Shown: piece after piece, positions 37,645-51,639 of the stretch | Layout of the letters: the number at the start of each line of letters is the position of its first letter | Numbering within the stretch: the stretch's first letter is position 1 | Source of the DNA: Octopus vulgaris | Taxonomy: Eukaryota | Length of the DNA stretch: 64,000 nt | Reading direction: 5' to 3' | Assembly (NCBI GenBank): GCA_951406725.2 | Contig: OX597816.1 | Location: 152,086,001-152,150,000, forward strand | Program-made: the position numbers and the translations under genes | The notes under the pieces: generated by a model | Databases searched by the model: none | The model's input: the letters and a program-made list of their open reading frames with translations, nothing else | Told to the model about the DNA's origin: nothing

Positions 37645-38008
37645 ACTAGACTTGAAGTCACCCTTCGGGCGGCATTCACGATGGCTCCTGCGGAGGGCAC
37701 CTTTGAAGCCTGCGGCCCTCTACACTTGTGCAATGAAACTTATTTCTGCAAAGGTGCTAAGCACTGATGCTGATCATAGTTTAATCAATAAGCGTAGGAG
37801 CGAGGTAAATCTAGTAAAATCAGGGGGGGGCAGTGGGACCCCATTTAAGCGGCCCTTAAAAAAAATAGACCCCCTTAGGACATTCCCTAGGATTAGGAGA
37901 GTTGCTGGTTTGAGTTTCGTTGTCCTTGCACCAACGGTCTAGGGGGAAGTAACGTAAATAAAAACGTAACGGACAGAGAAACAGCACTCAAATTTATATT
38001 AAGAAGAT
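37645..38008 (+). mobile_element. Helentron/HINE-like element
   Basis: Starts ACTAGACTTGAAGTCACCCTTCGGGCGGC (hairpin) and ends AATTTATATTAAGAAGAT. Confidence 0.5.
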
Positions 38009-38013
38009 ATATG

Positions 38014-38159
<146 letters not shown>

Positions 38160-38844
38160 TATACATGCATGTATATACGTATGAATTTTGGCGAGTAGAT
38201 ATGTATGTCTGGGTGCATATGGACACAGACTCACACACTCACAGATAGTGAAATCCGCTTATTGTGATCAAAACTCAAAGTTAAGCCAGCATGTTTGATT
38301 TCATACAAAAACAAAATGTCTGACATTTAGTAAAAAGAAAGATGGGCCGCTATGGCATTCATGCTTTTCCCAAGGGAACTTAACGACGCAAATAATGCAA
38401 AAAGGTTCGAAATACGAAATGAAACCAGATCAGGAACTTAATTAGCTGAACGTTTACCGTCGTGCCATGGAACAGAAGATTGCACGAGGGAATATACTGA
38501 TTTCTCCAAAGACTTAAGATTTATAGCGGAAGTGATATTTGATTGTGTGGTGTTTGTCATGACTTTCTTGTGGGATGGAGGTGCAAGTGGAATTAAGGAA
38601 AATTATTACAATCACGATGAGCAAATCGGATCATAGAAATTGGTTTGCTGGCAAATTACTCGACTGGTATAAAATGTACAAACCTGAGTGTGGTGTGTGT
38701 GTGTGTGTGATATGAGGAGATGCTGAAAGGCTTTAAGGGTGTCGCGAAAGGCCTGGCTGTAGGCCCAACCTTCCCAGTTCATTTACAGGGCTTAGAAAAA
38801 CTGAAGAGTGTGAATCTGAGAGATGAATATGTTGAATAATCATT

Positions 38845-38913
<69 letters not shown>

Positions 38914-38949
38914 GCATATACACACACGTGTGTGAGTGTGTGTGCATAA

Positions 38950-39007
<58 letters not shown>

Positions 39008-40150
39008 TTAGTAACTAAATCCAGTACTTACCCATTCCAGTCAATTTATCATTTTTTATGTATTGAATCCAGTATGACTGCCAACGGTAATATGATCCTG
39101 AGAACTGATTGGATAACGAATTGAGTAACAACAACCACAGCTACAACATAACCATTGTAATTATTGTTTTTATCATCATCATCGATAAAATATCAGCAAA
39201 AACGAATCGAAATATATTCATTAATACAGAAAGCATTGCTAAATGAATACGACATACAGTGTCTACTAAACAAATTATGATATGAGATATGTAAAAATCA
39301 ATAGAAAGAATGAAATCAACGCTGAAATTCCCTTCACTCCTTCATTAAGTTGTGGTTGTTGTTTCCACCCCGTTTAACAACCAACATTTTATGCGGTGTT
39401 AGATATGATCAAGAAGGACCAGAGCGGGTTGTTTCTTTAGATAATGGCTTGCAGTTGAACGAGATGAAGAAGGTAAATACAAAACGGGGTGTATGACCTA
39501 GTCTGTTATCAGCTTTCCATCCAGTATACCTGCTCACAAAATATAACCCCACCTAATGTAAACATTGCTCTCTAATTGCATTGAGATAAATCATGAGCAA
39601 GCAGATACAATATATCACTTAAGTAGAATTCCTTTGCTGTGAAGACTAAGTATATTATAGTAGAAACTTGTACTGGTTTCATACAGATTGAAAAGCCACA
39701 AAACATTATTCCTATGACATTCTGAGAAATAAATGTCATAGAAAATTAATAGATTTCTCTTCCAGACACAAAGTTCTACCCTTCCATTATTTTCTCGTTT
39801 ATTTTATTTTATTTTATTTTAAGAGACCAGCTCAACCAATGTATATAATTCTACGTATTTAAATTGGAAATGTGTTGTTCGCTGTTATTATTGTACAGAG
39901 TAGATAGGAATGAGTTCGATGTAGTGTGTCATAAACAGATAACTGTGGAGCCAAAATCATCCATTTATTCGTAGCTGCGTGGTAAGAAGTTTGCTTCTCA
40001 ATCACATGGTTCCGGGTTCAGTCTCACTGCATGGCACATCGGGGAAAGTGTTTAAGTATTTTCTACAATAACCCCGAGTCGACCAGAACCTTGTGAGTGG
40101 ATTTGGTAGGCAGTGACTGAAAGAAACCCGCCGTATAAGCACACAGACAC

Positions 40151-40230
<80 letters not shown>

Positions 40231-40362
40231 ATATAGATGAGAAAGTTGGTTTGTGAAAGCACGTGGTTGAATATATAGAAAATAGTAAAATGTGAAAAAA
40301 CTACAGAAGGCTTGTTTTAAAAGGTTAAAAAATATATATTTGAGTCAATATATACTTTATTT

Positions 40363-40738
40363 TATCACCGACAGTTGTATGAAAATGTCATCACAGTAAT
40401 ATCTTCTGATAAGATAGCTAGGACACTCTATAATGAAATCCGCCGGAAAGATAAGCCTGAGGACAAAGAATTAAGAACCCTCAGTATGGTAGAAGCCACA
40501 GCCACTCATAATAAAAATGAGTACTGGTAGAATGTCACAGTGAATACCTCAATAAAATGTAAGCACAGCAGACCTGATATAATGATTTGAGATAGAGAAG
40601 AGAAACTGTGTACTGCTGTGGAAATCGGGTGCCCAGCGGATGTTAACATAAAGCTGAAGATCAGTGAAAAAGAGAATACCCATGCTGAACTATTGAGAAA
40701 TCTGCAGTTACTCTATACAGATTACAAGTTCAGGTTTA
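40363..40738 (+). mobile_element. Inverted local copy of the R4-like LINE segment 41556-41931
   Basis: Near-identical reverse complement, including the deletion that removes the RHD codons. Confidence 0.9.
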
Positions 40739-40847
40739 AGTATTTTCTACAATAACCCCGAGTCGACCAGAACCTTGTGAGTGGATTTGGTAGGCAGTGA
40801 CTGAAAGAAACCCGCCGTATAAGCACACAGACACTATATATATATAT

Positions 40848-40941
<94 letters not shown>

Positions 40942-41179
40942 GAGAAAGTTGGTTTGTGAAAGCCCAACTCTTCTCAACATAAACATAACGATAACTCGTC
41001 TCAACGTAAACATAACGATGTAAGAAATTTGAAAAGCTGAACGCGAAACTGGTCATTTCTTCTAAACTATGTCATTGTAAGAAAAACATTTATAACATTC
41101 TTCAGACATATTGACTCAAATATATATGTTTTAACCTTTTAAAACAAGCCTTCTGTAGTTTTTTTCACTTTTTACTATT

Positions 41180-41214
<35 letters not shown>

Positions 41215-41309
41215 CGCAGCAGTGGGTGTGTCGTAAGAAGCTTGGTTCCCTACCATATGGTTCCGAGTTCAGTCCCACTGCGTGGCACCTTCTACTATAC
41301 ACTCGGGCC

Positions 41310-42190
41310 GTGCAGATTTGTATGCTTTGCATTATGTATGTATTCTCATGCTTATAGTTGCATATCTAGACATGCGCATATATATTTCAATGATAAACTT
41401 CTGGAAAGTTTTACAGATTTCTATACTTACAGAGATGGCTTGGATCTGTAATCTTCGTATCAGCTTTCTCCTTTCTGGTTTTGTGAAGCCTAATTTTTCA
41501 AGATTGGTATTTAGGCAGTATGTTACATATCCCTGTACCCCAATAATTACAGATATAAACCTGAACTTGTAATCTGTATAGAGTAACTGCAGATTTCTCA
41601 ATAGTTCAGCATGGGTATTCTCTTTTTCACTGATCTTCAGCTTTATGTTAACATCCGCTGGGCAGCTAATTTCCACAGCAATACACAGTTTCTCTTCTCT
41701 ATCTCAAATCATTATATCAGGTCTGCTGTGCTTACATTTTATTGAGGTATTCACTGTGACATTCTACCTGTACTCCTTTTTATTATGAGTGGCTGTGGCT
41801 TCTACCATACTGAGGGTTCTTAATTCCTTGTCCTCAGGCTTATCTTTCCGGCGGATTTCATTATAGAGTGTCCTAGCTATCTTATCGGTAGATATTACTG
41901 TGATGACATTTTCATACAACTGTCGGTGATATCTTCGATGTCAACTCCACAAAGTCGGCATCCGTTGTCACATTCTACTGCTTTTCTTGCATCTGTATCC
42001 CTTTTGTGCATCAGATACTTGATTGATATTTCCTGTTCTTGGATTGCAAACGCATACCCTTCAAAGTGGGAGGAAGTAATCCGGCTATTGGTCTATTATA
42101 GACTGTTTTGATGATCAATGTTACTGTCATCTCGGAGCTTTCTACTAACATATCCATGCATAGTCTTCTGCTCATATAGGCACATCCTTT
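41310..42190 (-). mobile_element. R4/Dong-clade LINE 3' part
   Basis: EISCPADVNIKLKISEKENTHAELL..RRKLIRRLQIQ; same 3' UTR (GTGCAGATTTGTATG) as the 5271 copy. Confidence 0.92.
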
Positions 42191-43420
42191 CATCTGATGA
42201 TATGTTGCTACTTTGCTTGTTGCAAATATCAGCGGTTGAATGTCCCTTATTTATTTATATATTGCGAACTGGAACGAACGACTACAATTTCTAGCAGATG
42301 GGTACCCAATACTGAGGAAGGGTAAGACACTAAAACCAGTTCTGGTCTTCAGGTCCTGTCACCACAGGATGGGATGGGGGGGGGGGTCCCTCACTTGCTT
42401 GCAATATATTTGACACAGGTTTTGTGTCGTTAACCAGCTGGAGGAGGTGTCGTCCTGAGGTTTAAAAAAGTAGTGACATTGTTCTGTACAGAACAGCCAT
42501 GTTGAAGTGGCAACAAACATTATATATACAAATGCATCTTTATCATTTGTTGACTGAAGTTTTGCAGTTTCGGTAACATTAACAAGACCGCTGGCTTCAA
42601 CGTACCACTATATTTTAAAATCTACTCAGGAAAGGCTTAGCAACGATATGATTGAATGACAATTCGGAAGGCAATGTGTCTTCGGCATAGTGAGTCAAGA
42701 AGGCAAAATGTGCATGAGAATATGCTAAAAGTATGAAAATAAGTTATGTACGACAATTTAGACCGCTTGTTTAGTTATCAATATTCTGCAGAGACCAGCA
42801 GAATAGATAACAGGGATTGTATACAGTTAGAATATTAAAATATTTTGACTGAAGACAGGAGAGACCAAATCGGCAATGTGTGGTAATGCGTAAGGAAAAG
42901 AAATGGTGAGAAAGCGAAGACCATTAGTGCTACAACGTAAAGAGCAACAGAAGAGAAAGCGAAGACCATTAGTGCTATAACGTAAAGAGTAAAGGAAGAG
43001 AAAGTGAAGACAGGGTGAATATCAATGTGAACAGAACCAAAAATAGAGAGCACCTGTGGAAAGGAGGGTTGTGAGAAAACAGCAAAGCATTGTGGTATAG
43101 TATAAATATTAGAGAGAGAAAGAACGGGTAAAAAGAGAATAGAAGAAAAGAAGGAAGAGTAATGAAAACGAGAAAGGGAAAGAGTCAAGAAAAGATTGGG
43201 TGAAGAAGGATAGAATGACGCAAAAAAATGTAATTCATAAGTATGTATGTCTGTATGTGTTTACGTATATAACAGTGTGTGCGTACATGTGTATGGATAG
43301 AAGTGTATGGTTTGAACACTGTGTACGCATACCGCTAGGAAAAGGAGAACACAGAACTAACTGTACGTAAAGTAAGATCTATTTCGAGAATTGAAAAATT
43401 CAATACCTCCAAATGACTAA

Positions 43421-43806
43421 GACGGCGAGCTGGCAGAAACGTTAGCACAACGGGCGAAATGCTTAGCGGTATTTCGTCTGCCGCTACGTTCTGAGTTCAA
43501 ATTCCGCCGAGGTCGACTTTGCCTTTCATCCTTTCGGGGTCGATAAATTAAGTACCAGTTACGATATAATCGACTTAATCCGTTTGTCTGTCCTTGTTTG
43601 TCCTCTCTGTGTTTAGCCCCTTGTGGGTAGTAAAGAAATAGGTATTTCGTCTGCCGCTACGTTCTGAGTTCAAATTCCGCCGAAGTCGACTTTGCCTTTC
43701 ATCCTTTGGGGGTCGATAAATTAAGTACTAGTTGCGTACTGGGGTCGATCTAATCGACTGGCCCCCTCCCTAAAAATTTCGAGCCTTATGTCTAGAGTAG
43801 AAAAAA
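43421..43806 (+). mobile_element. Dimeric SINE family A with TSD
   Basis: Close match to consensus; TCCAAATGAC at 43408-43417 and 43813-43822. Confidence 0.92.
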
Positions 43807-44522
43807 TATATATCCAAATGACCGACAATTTCATCTTTTGATTCCTCAGACTGGGACATGCCACCATAGCTTTTGTTGTGTATAGGAAATATAATTTTAT
43901 TTCAATATAAACAATAATTATAATAAGAGATAGTTATTGACAGGAGATAGAAGGGGTTGCAGGAGTGTTGGAGTAGTAGGTTGTTAATTTGATGGAAGTT
44001 GTGGGTGCATGTGTTGACGGGTGTGCGAGTGTCGTTGTCCGGTTTAAGGGTGTAAATATGTCGGAGATACACAGATGTTTCGCTATACAAAGGTGGGTGA
44101 CCAAGTAATTATACAGTGAGACAGACATTGATGCATTGATGAGAAATCGGGTACGCTAAGTGATGAAGCACTAATTAATTAAGCAGATAAATAAAAGATA
44201 TAGATAAATATAAAGACTGAAACGGCTAAATGTCATGGTAATGGATCTAACTTCTGGTAATTTGCTTTCAATATCGGCTGTATGGATATTGGTTTGCTTG
44301 TGGTAGTTTTGGTAGAAGTGGTTGCTAGGTGCGTGTATGAAAGTGCGTAAGTGCAGAGACTAGGTGTTGGTGTTTATGGGGGTGGAGTGGGGGCATGTGA
44401 TGTGTCGTCTATGAAAGTCTGAATAGTTCACCGGAAATAATATTTGACGATATCAGTTGCAAGCAGAAGTACACGTATACATGTGTATATACGTAGAATA
44501 CATATATTCATGGAAATAGATG

Positions 44523-44562
<40 letters not shown>

Positions 44563-44737
44563 AACACACATACGCATACACACGCGTACGCGCACTCACA
44601 CACAGCATACGAAATGGTGAGAAAGACAGAAAGTTATACATAGGAAAAGAAACTCGAAACCTGGTGTATTTATGTGTGCGTTGTATACATTCACACACAC
44701 ATACATATATATACATGTATAGTGTATATGGATGTAT

Positions 44738-44773
<36 letters not shown>

Positions 44774-44774
44774 T

Positions 44775-45045
44775 ACACCAACCCTATACATACACACGTC
44801 CAGACCCCGCATACGCACTTATACTCTCTCACACACACACACACACACCTATACATACCAATACGTACTAATACATACTAATACATACTAATACATACAC
44901 CAACCCCATACATACGCACGTCCAGACCAATCTTACGCACTAATACTCTCTCATACACACACACACACACACACACCCTTATACATACTAATACATACAC
45001 CAACCCTATACATACACACATCCAGACCCCTCCCACGCACTTTTA
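44775..45045. repeat. Three-copy ~100-120 bp tandem repeat with internal (CA)n
   Basis: CACCAACCC.ATACATAC.CAC.TCCAGACC..ACGCACT recurs at ~44777, 44898, 44998. Confidence 0.8.
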
Positions 45046-45213
45046 GCTGGTCCCTCAACCCTTTTATCAACCCTATTATCTCCCCTTATTTCGCTCTCGC
45101 GTCTCATGTTTGATCTTTGACCTCTGGCCGAAATCAGATCGCCATGTTGATTCGTTAGCTACTGCACGCATTTTTTTTCTCTCCTTCTTTCTGTGTTTTT
45201 CTCTCTCTGTGTA

Positions 45214-45251
45214 TCTTTCTGTTGAAGAGCGTAGGCTCGAAACGTTAAAGA
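45214..45251 (+). ncRNA. Minimal hammerhead-like motif
   Basis: TCTTT-CTGTTGA-A-GAGC-GTAG-GCTC-GAAA-CG-TT-AAAGA; one core substitution (A6T). Confidence 0.55.
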
Positions 45252-45348
45252 CTTGTTTTATTTATATTTCCTGAGCGCCATACTAATACAATTGTTCGTT
45301 TGTTTTCCACCTGCCTTCGTCTTTTGTTTATTTTCATAAAGCTTCCCG

Positions 45349-45418
<70 letters not shown>

Positions 45419-45806
45419 TAATACTACTAATATAGGATGAAGTTTTTTTACAGAAAAAAATTCCATCAAAAAATGTGGCAGCATTTTAAAATACCTTTAA
45501 GGTGAAAATTATAAACAACTTATAAATAAGGGCTAAAGAAAATTATTTCTATGCCAATATGCTGATAACAGACTTTTAAATCGTCAATTTCCACATATTA
45601 TTTACTCGCTACAGAAAATACGTAGAGCTGAAACGAGGAAAGCCAACCAATAGAATTTTTTTTTAAAGTTCGTTATTTCTATATTGAATCAATTTCGGAA
45701 TTAATCTCATAATAGATTTTTTTCCTCTTCAGTAGAAAATACGAAAAGATACTTACATGCGCCTATGTATACATATATAAATAAATATATATATGTATGT
45801 ATACAT

Positions 45807-46660
45807 ACTACTTGACGTAACCGGCAATTCCAGGGGAAGCAGGGCTTATCCCTTGGTTCAGCTCTCATAATTGTTTCTCCAACCCGATAACAACAATACA
45901 AAATATGTAACCCTTAAAACGGTTTTTATGCATTTACAGAGAATACCGAACTGTCTTACACAGGAATTTTTAGGAATTCCCAATAAGTTATGAATACCCA
46001 AATTATGAAGTCAGTTATGTAATAACATGAAATTAGTTACCCGATAGTAAGAATTCAAATAAAGTAACCCCAAAAAGGGCTTTAATGCGTTCCAAGAGTA
46101 TATAGAACTTAGGAGGAAATACTAATAAGGTATGTATACTAAACTCGTGAAGCATCTTACGTAATAACAGGGTAATCAGATATGAGATAATAACAATTCA
46201 AAGTAAATAACTCTGTAAAGGGCTTTTGTGCATTCCCAGAGAATATTACCTTCAGCGGCGCTAGTGTTGATATATTCGTGAATGAGTCAGTAACCGAAAT
46301 AAGTGGATTTATTGTTTAGGAAAATACTATTTACTTGTTTAAGGGTTGTACTGGATAAATTGCGAAAATAACTCTGACAGTTCAAATACTAAGAAATAAG
46401 CTTACTCAATTTGATTTATATCAAATAATTTAGGAAAATGAATGGGTTATTTCCCTTTGCTATATACAAGGATCCCTTCCAGAGGCCCTAATATCGATTT
46501 TTTTTTTTCACCAATTTTAGTATGCCATGAGGTTTCCAGACATGAGTTCTATTCACGTGTCAAGTTTCCAAGTTTCATCAAAATCGATAAAACGATGTAG
46601 GAGGAGTTAGCTGACAACTCCACAAACACACCCACATACGGAATTTCCCACATATATATA
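45807..46660 (+). mobile_element. Helentron-like element (longer copy of the 26428 family)
   Basis: ACTACTTGACGTAACCGGC start; 3' part shared with 26428-26700; short inverted copy of its end at 46670-46700. Confidence 0.5.
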
Positions 46661-47065
46661 TATACTACATATGTGGAAATTCTGTCTGTGGGTGTGTTTA
46701 CAAAAACGAAAATTTCATCTTTGTAATCGATGGTGCCACACACACCGAACTTGCACAGCTGAAGACAATGATCATTGAACTGTTAATACAGAAACACAAA
46801 GTTCTATATGTAAGCCTCCATATCTGTATCGGTTAATAAATATGGTCCTCTGTTTCCAAAGATATGTATGTATGACATTATTCAGCTTTATTTCCGGATT
46901 TCTGGTCAATAGAGAGAGAACCAGTTTCTAACCTAGATCCAAGTCTCCTTCATTGGAACTTCAATAACATAAACAGAGTATGTATGTATGTATGGATGGA
47001 TGGATGGATGGATGGATGGATGGATGGATGGATGGATGGATGGACGGATGGATGGATGGATAGAT

Positions 47066-47416
47066 GTGTGCAGATTTGTATGTTTTGTTTTACCTATGTA
47101 TTCTCATGCATATAGTTGCATATCTAGACATGCTCATATATATTTGAATGTAAAACTTTACAGATTTTTACAGTTCCGGTGATGGCTTGGATCTGTTATC
47201 ATTGAATTAGCTTTCTCCTTTCTGGTTCTGAGAAGCCTAATTTCTCAAGATTGGTATTAAGGCAGTGCGTTTTATATCCCAGTACCCCAATAATTACAGG
47301 TATAAACCTGAATTTGTAATTTGGATAGAGTAACTGCAGATTTCTCAATAGTTCAGCGAAGGTATTCTCTTTTTCGCTGATCTTTAGCTGGGCAGCTGAT
47401 TTGAAAACTGTATACA
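47066..47416 (-). mobile_element. R4/Dong-clade LINE 3' end inside (TATG)/(GATG) tract
   Basis: LKISEKENTFAELLRNLQLLYPNYKFRFIPVIIG; microsatellite on both sides. Confidence 0.9.
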
Positions 47417-49000
47417 TGTATGTATGTATGTATGTATGTATGTATGTATGTATGTATGTATGTATGTATGTATGTATGTATGCATGCATGCATGTATGTA
47501 TGTATGTCTGTATGCATGCGCGCGCGCGTATGTGTTATGTCTGTAACTACTGCCACCAGTAGCAGTATCTACATGCTGCTGGTAACATGTTACACAGTAT
47601 AACCTATCGCATGAGAGGATCGTCAGCGAATAAACCTGCAAGCCAGGGTAGTTACAGCCAGAATGCTTTTAATCGGTGATCTCTTTTATTGAAGTTGGAC
47701 TAGGCAACAACAGTGATGTTCTATTACGTTGTCACTAGACTTGCTAGAAATAGTGGCCAAATAAATCCCTCCATCACACCCTAGCATTTTAGTAATAAGA
47801 CTCATTAGATATCATTGTCCGTGGTGTAATATGATTTGGGAAAAACATGGATTTGATATTCTGGTGGAGCCCGTATCGTCTCCAGTTATGATTAACAGTT
47901 GGCTTCTCTGCGAGGGTATCTTTCAACTTTTGACAGTTTTTTTAATTCCTCGTAATGTACACACACCACCCTCACCCAGTAAACTGGTTGGGATGCCATA
48001 ATCCAAATCATATTTGATTACGTGGTAGAATTAGACCTGTCCTTTGATCGTAAGTCAGCCCAGTCAATGCTAACTTGGGACTAAACAATACATCCTATTC
48101 TTTTTCGTGAAACAAACCCTTATCTGCAATCCATCTCTGCTGTCCTGACAATATTCAGATTTCCTGAATAATGGTGGGTGCTCATATACAGATTCCTTTC
48201 TCTCCTTGTCACTCATCTCTCTCATCTGGATACCAGAAACAAGGTCTTCTAATTACTCTGATCCACAGTCTCTCGGCAGTGTATGGATTCTAACGTGTAG
48301 AGAGCCTGAATAAATACCACATTAGTAATCTATCAGACACTCTAAAACTTGGCCAAAGCCACCAAAACATCAGGATATTTTCTGTTCGAAAGCCAGCATA
48401 ACTTTTACTCTCATTTTCTTTGTAGTAACATATCTAATGGAATACTGCAGTATTAGAGGTAAATTTTTGTGAAATTCGGTAGCAGAACTGGTTTTTGGTG
48501 AATTGGAAATGATTCTACGGCCTGTGCTGGAATATGTAGCTAATACAATATAGTTCAATAATTTCATTCCAAATCCTGGAATCATTTCTATCTCTAGTCT
48601 TGGAGTGTCTTCGATTTATGAATCCATTTATTCAGTAAAGCTACTTTTCATATAATAGTCAGATTACGGACAAATTATATGCATAGTACTTTATTTTGAG
48701 CCAAGAAGGAGATTTAAAGCCATGACAGAATTCTTTAAATCTTTCTAGAAATGCAGAATATGCTATTTCCATTGCTGAAGGAAATGTAACCTTCTTTAAC
48801 TTCGGTGAGGTGATTTCCCCCCTATTATCTACTTTGTATCACCAAATGCTTATAACTGTATCAATCAAAACGTTATTTTTAAAAAACAAAGGCAAAATAT
48901 TATTTTCAAAAAACTGCAACTCGGGGCAAAGGACTGTAAAATCTTCAGTTTTCCAACCGTTGATGTATGTATGTATGTATGTATGTATGTATGTATGTAT

Positions 49001-49486
49001 GTGCAGATTTGTATATTTTGCTTTACGTATGTATTCTTATGCATATAGTTGCATATCTAGACATGCACATATATATATTTAAATCATAAACTTCTGGAAA
49101 GTTTTACAGATTTTTACAGTTCCAGTGATAGATTAAATCTGTAGTCTTCGAATTAGCTTTTTCCTTTCTGGTTTTGAGAAGCCTAATTTCTCAAGATTGG
49201 TATTAAGGCAGTGTTTTATATCCCAGTATCCCTATAATTACAGGTATAAACCTGAACTTGTAATCTGGACAGAGTAACTGCAGATTTCTCAATAGTTCAG
49301 CGAAGGTATTCTCTTTTTCACTCATCTTCAGCTTTATGTTAACATCCGCTTGGCAGCTAATTTCCACAACTGTATGCAGTTTCTCTTCTCCATCCTAAAT
49401 CATTATATCAGATCTGTTGTGCTTATAATATCATGGAGGTCTTCACTGGGACATTCCACCAGTACTCCTTTTTATTATGAGTGGCT
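49001..49486 (-). mobile_element. R4/Dong-clade LINE 3' end inside (TATG) tract
   Basis: Same 3' UTR and RLE-coding sequence; TATG at 48963-49000 and 49487-49506. Confidence 0.9.
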
Positions 49487-49619
49487 TATGTATGTATGTA
49501 TGTATGGATGGATGGATGGATGTGTATTTCATTACGGAGACGGTCATATTTTCTTCATTATTCACACTTTCCTTCTTTCGCAGTCAAACTCTACGCCCTT
49601 GGCTTTTTTATAAGACATT

Positions 49620-50420
49620 CTTCTCCTTTCTGAATCATCTTTCTTCTTGAATATCCTATTCATCACATAGTTCCAACCCATCTTTTTGCTTCATTGATCA
49701 ATAATTCTTGATTACTTAAAAAATTAACATTGAAAGACCTTTAAACCACAAATAGCTTGTAGTAAGTTCGTGGTTTGATCTTCAAGCCATTTTCAAAACA
49801 GTCAAATTGAATAAAGGTTTTTTTTTTCCCCTCTAAATCTGAGCAAAACCAAGAAACTAAAAGTGAAAATTTGATTCAACATCGGCCTCTCTTCATCACG
49901 TGCACCAGTATGTTTTACATAAATTCCACTCTGATATCAAAACATTCATGAAGTGGTTTCTCAATCTCTGTTCTGAAACTCAATCGAATTTTGATTTGAC
50001 AATTATTGATATGGTATCTTTCAGCTTTTGCCGACGCGTTGGCGCCAGGAATACATTATAGTTAACAGCTCACACGCCAATCAAATTGAGAGAATGATTA
50101 TCGCAGTTTACTAAAGTAGGTTTGCAATTTTTTCAGTAAGCCTTTGTTGAAGACCACTTTAATAAGCATCTATAAGAGCAGCATTGTCATAACATAGAGA
50201 TCGATAGTCTTCGATCAGCATTTACGAATTGTTCTTAAATTGCTTCTATATTTTCAACATCCTTCCGTTTTCATTGGATAAATCCAAGAAAAGATTCTTT
50301 CATAAAAATTGTTTTCTCTTTTAAAATCAATACCAACATAAAAATATTGTTTTTGCCATTCAATCTCCGTGTAATTGTGACATGAAGTAAACTCAAATAC
50401 TAGGCGAAAATATTTTACCT
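49620..50420 (-). pseudogene. Probable hAT (ZMYM1-like) transposase fossil
   Basis: Minus-strand LNLIGV.AV..FLAPTRRQKLKDTISIIVKS resembles the HSLNLVG..FFSAST.RW..LK motif; heavily decayed. Confidence 0.4.
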
Positions 50421-50639
50421 GAAGAACGGTACGTAATAATTTCTATCGAACAGTAGAAGAAATCATTCGGAAATTATATTCTTCCAAAGTTCTTTCAACG
50501 TTACTGATTATAGTTTTTCGTCACACTCAAACTTCGCAGTTATAAAAATAGAGGAACAGAACCACCGTTTGACACTGACCACGTTCAGTTATTTATCCTG
50601 GGTGCCCTCAAAGATTATATACATCACCAAATTTTATCC

Positions 50640-51165
50640 CTACACGGAGATGATGACTTGGCAATTTTAAATCATATGAACGACCATGCAATGGATAAAT
50701 TCGCAAAGAATCTTATAAATAACTTCAAAGAATCTGGCTTAAGTATAACTGTTACCACCAACTTAAATGCTAACCTCTTGGACATCGCCATAGACTTCAA
50801 ATTAGACAGGTATTACCTCTACAAAAAAAAAAAAAACGACGAAGAAACTGTTTATATCCATGAATATTCCAACCACACTCTAGCTCTAATTAGAAACGTG
50901 GCCACAGGAACCACCTGGAAAATCTCCTACTATCGGTAGACAGAGAGATCTTCGAATGAACCACACCCATTTATAACAAGGCACAAGTAAGAAGTAGCTT
51001 TACTGGTAAGTGATTGTATGTGGAGGAACGCCTCAAACCTGAAAAGAGTTTAAAAAAGAGAAAGGTAATCCGGTTTAATCCGTCATATCAATTTTGATGC
51101 ATCCATCAAAGTAGCTAGAAGCTTCTTATTCCTAATCACACAAGATTTCCTAAGAACGAATTTAC
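50640..51165 (+). mobile_element. Penelope-like RT fragment
   Basis: LHGDDDLAIL (LYRDDGL-like), FKESGLSITV..NLLDI..YYLYKK..VYIHEYSNH, KRKVIRFNPSY. Confidence 0.8.
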
Positions 51166-51219
51166 CTGCACGCTAAATTCGTTACTATACTCATTGCTGA
51201 TCTTCACCTTTTGACAGCA

Positions 51220-51460
51220 TCCCTGTACATGGCTTGGACAGCTCTCACCAGCCACCCATAATGTGGCTGTACTGGAAGGGACGATTGTTACTGTCGTTTA
51301 GTCTCAGGAAACATCGTTTCCAGCTGGCTATACGACACACTTTCTGTGTCCTTATATTTTCGAATAGGGAGTCCAGCACAAAGCAGCATCTATGAACTGG
51401 TTTCTGGGTTATTTCTCTTCATTAACACAGAGTAGCTGCTTGGCTAGGTGGCGCTGCTGA
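51220..51460 (-). mobile_element. Diverged relative of the 362-bp retrozyme-like unit, with hammerhead motif at 51389-51431
   Basis: Collinear motifs AAT.TGGCT, TGTTACTGT..TTTAG.C.CAGG.AACATCG, CGACAC..GTGTCCTT; minus strand TCTGTG-TTAATGA-N14-GAAA-CCAG-TT-CATAGA. Confidence 0.65.
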
Positions 51461-51639
51461 ATTAGAAATTAGTCTAAATTTTAGTTTTCAGAGAGACACA
51501 CAGTCACTGCTCTAATAAATAGAAACATCATTATTTCTAAATCTCTCAAAGAGAGGTATTCAGTAACAGTTCTTTAGCTTTCTCTTTTAGTCTGCCTGTC
51601 ATCTTAATTAAACTCCCGTGTGTCCATAGTTTACACGGT

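Noticed and set aside
42755-42820. Hairpin GTTATC..TATTCTGC/GCAGAATA..GATAAC as a hammerhead stem II
   Set aside because: Neither core strand is intact.
48100-48960. Possible exons or LINE ORF in unique-looking sequence
   Set aside because: No recognisable motif or convincing splice-site pair.
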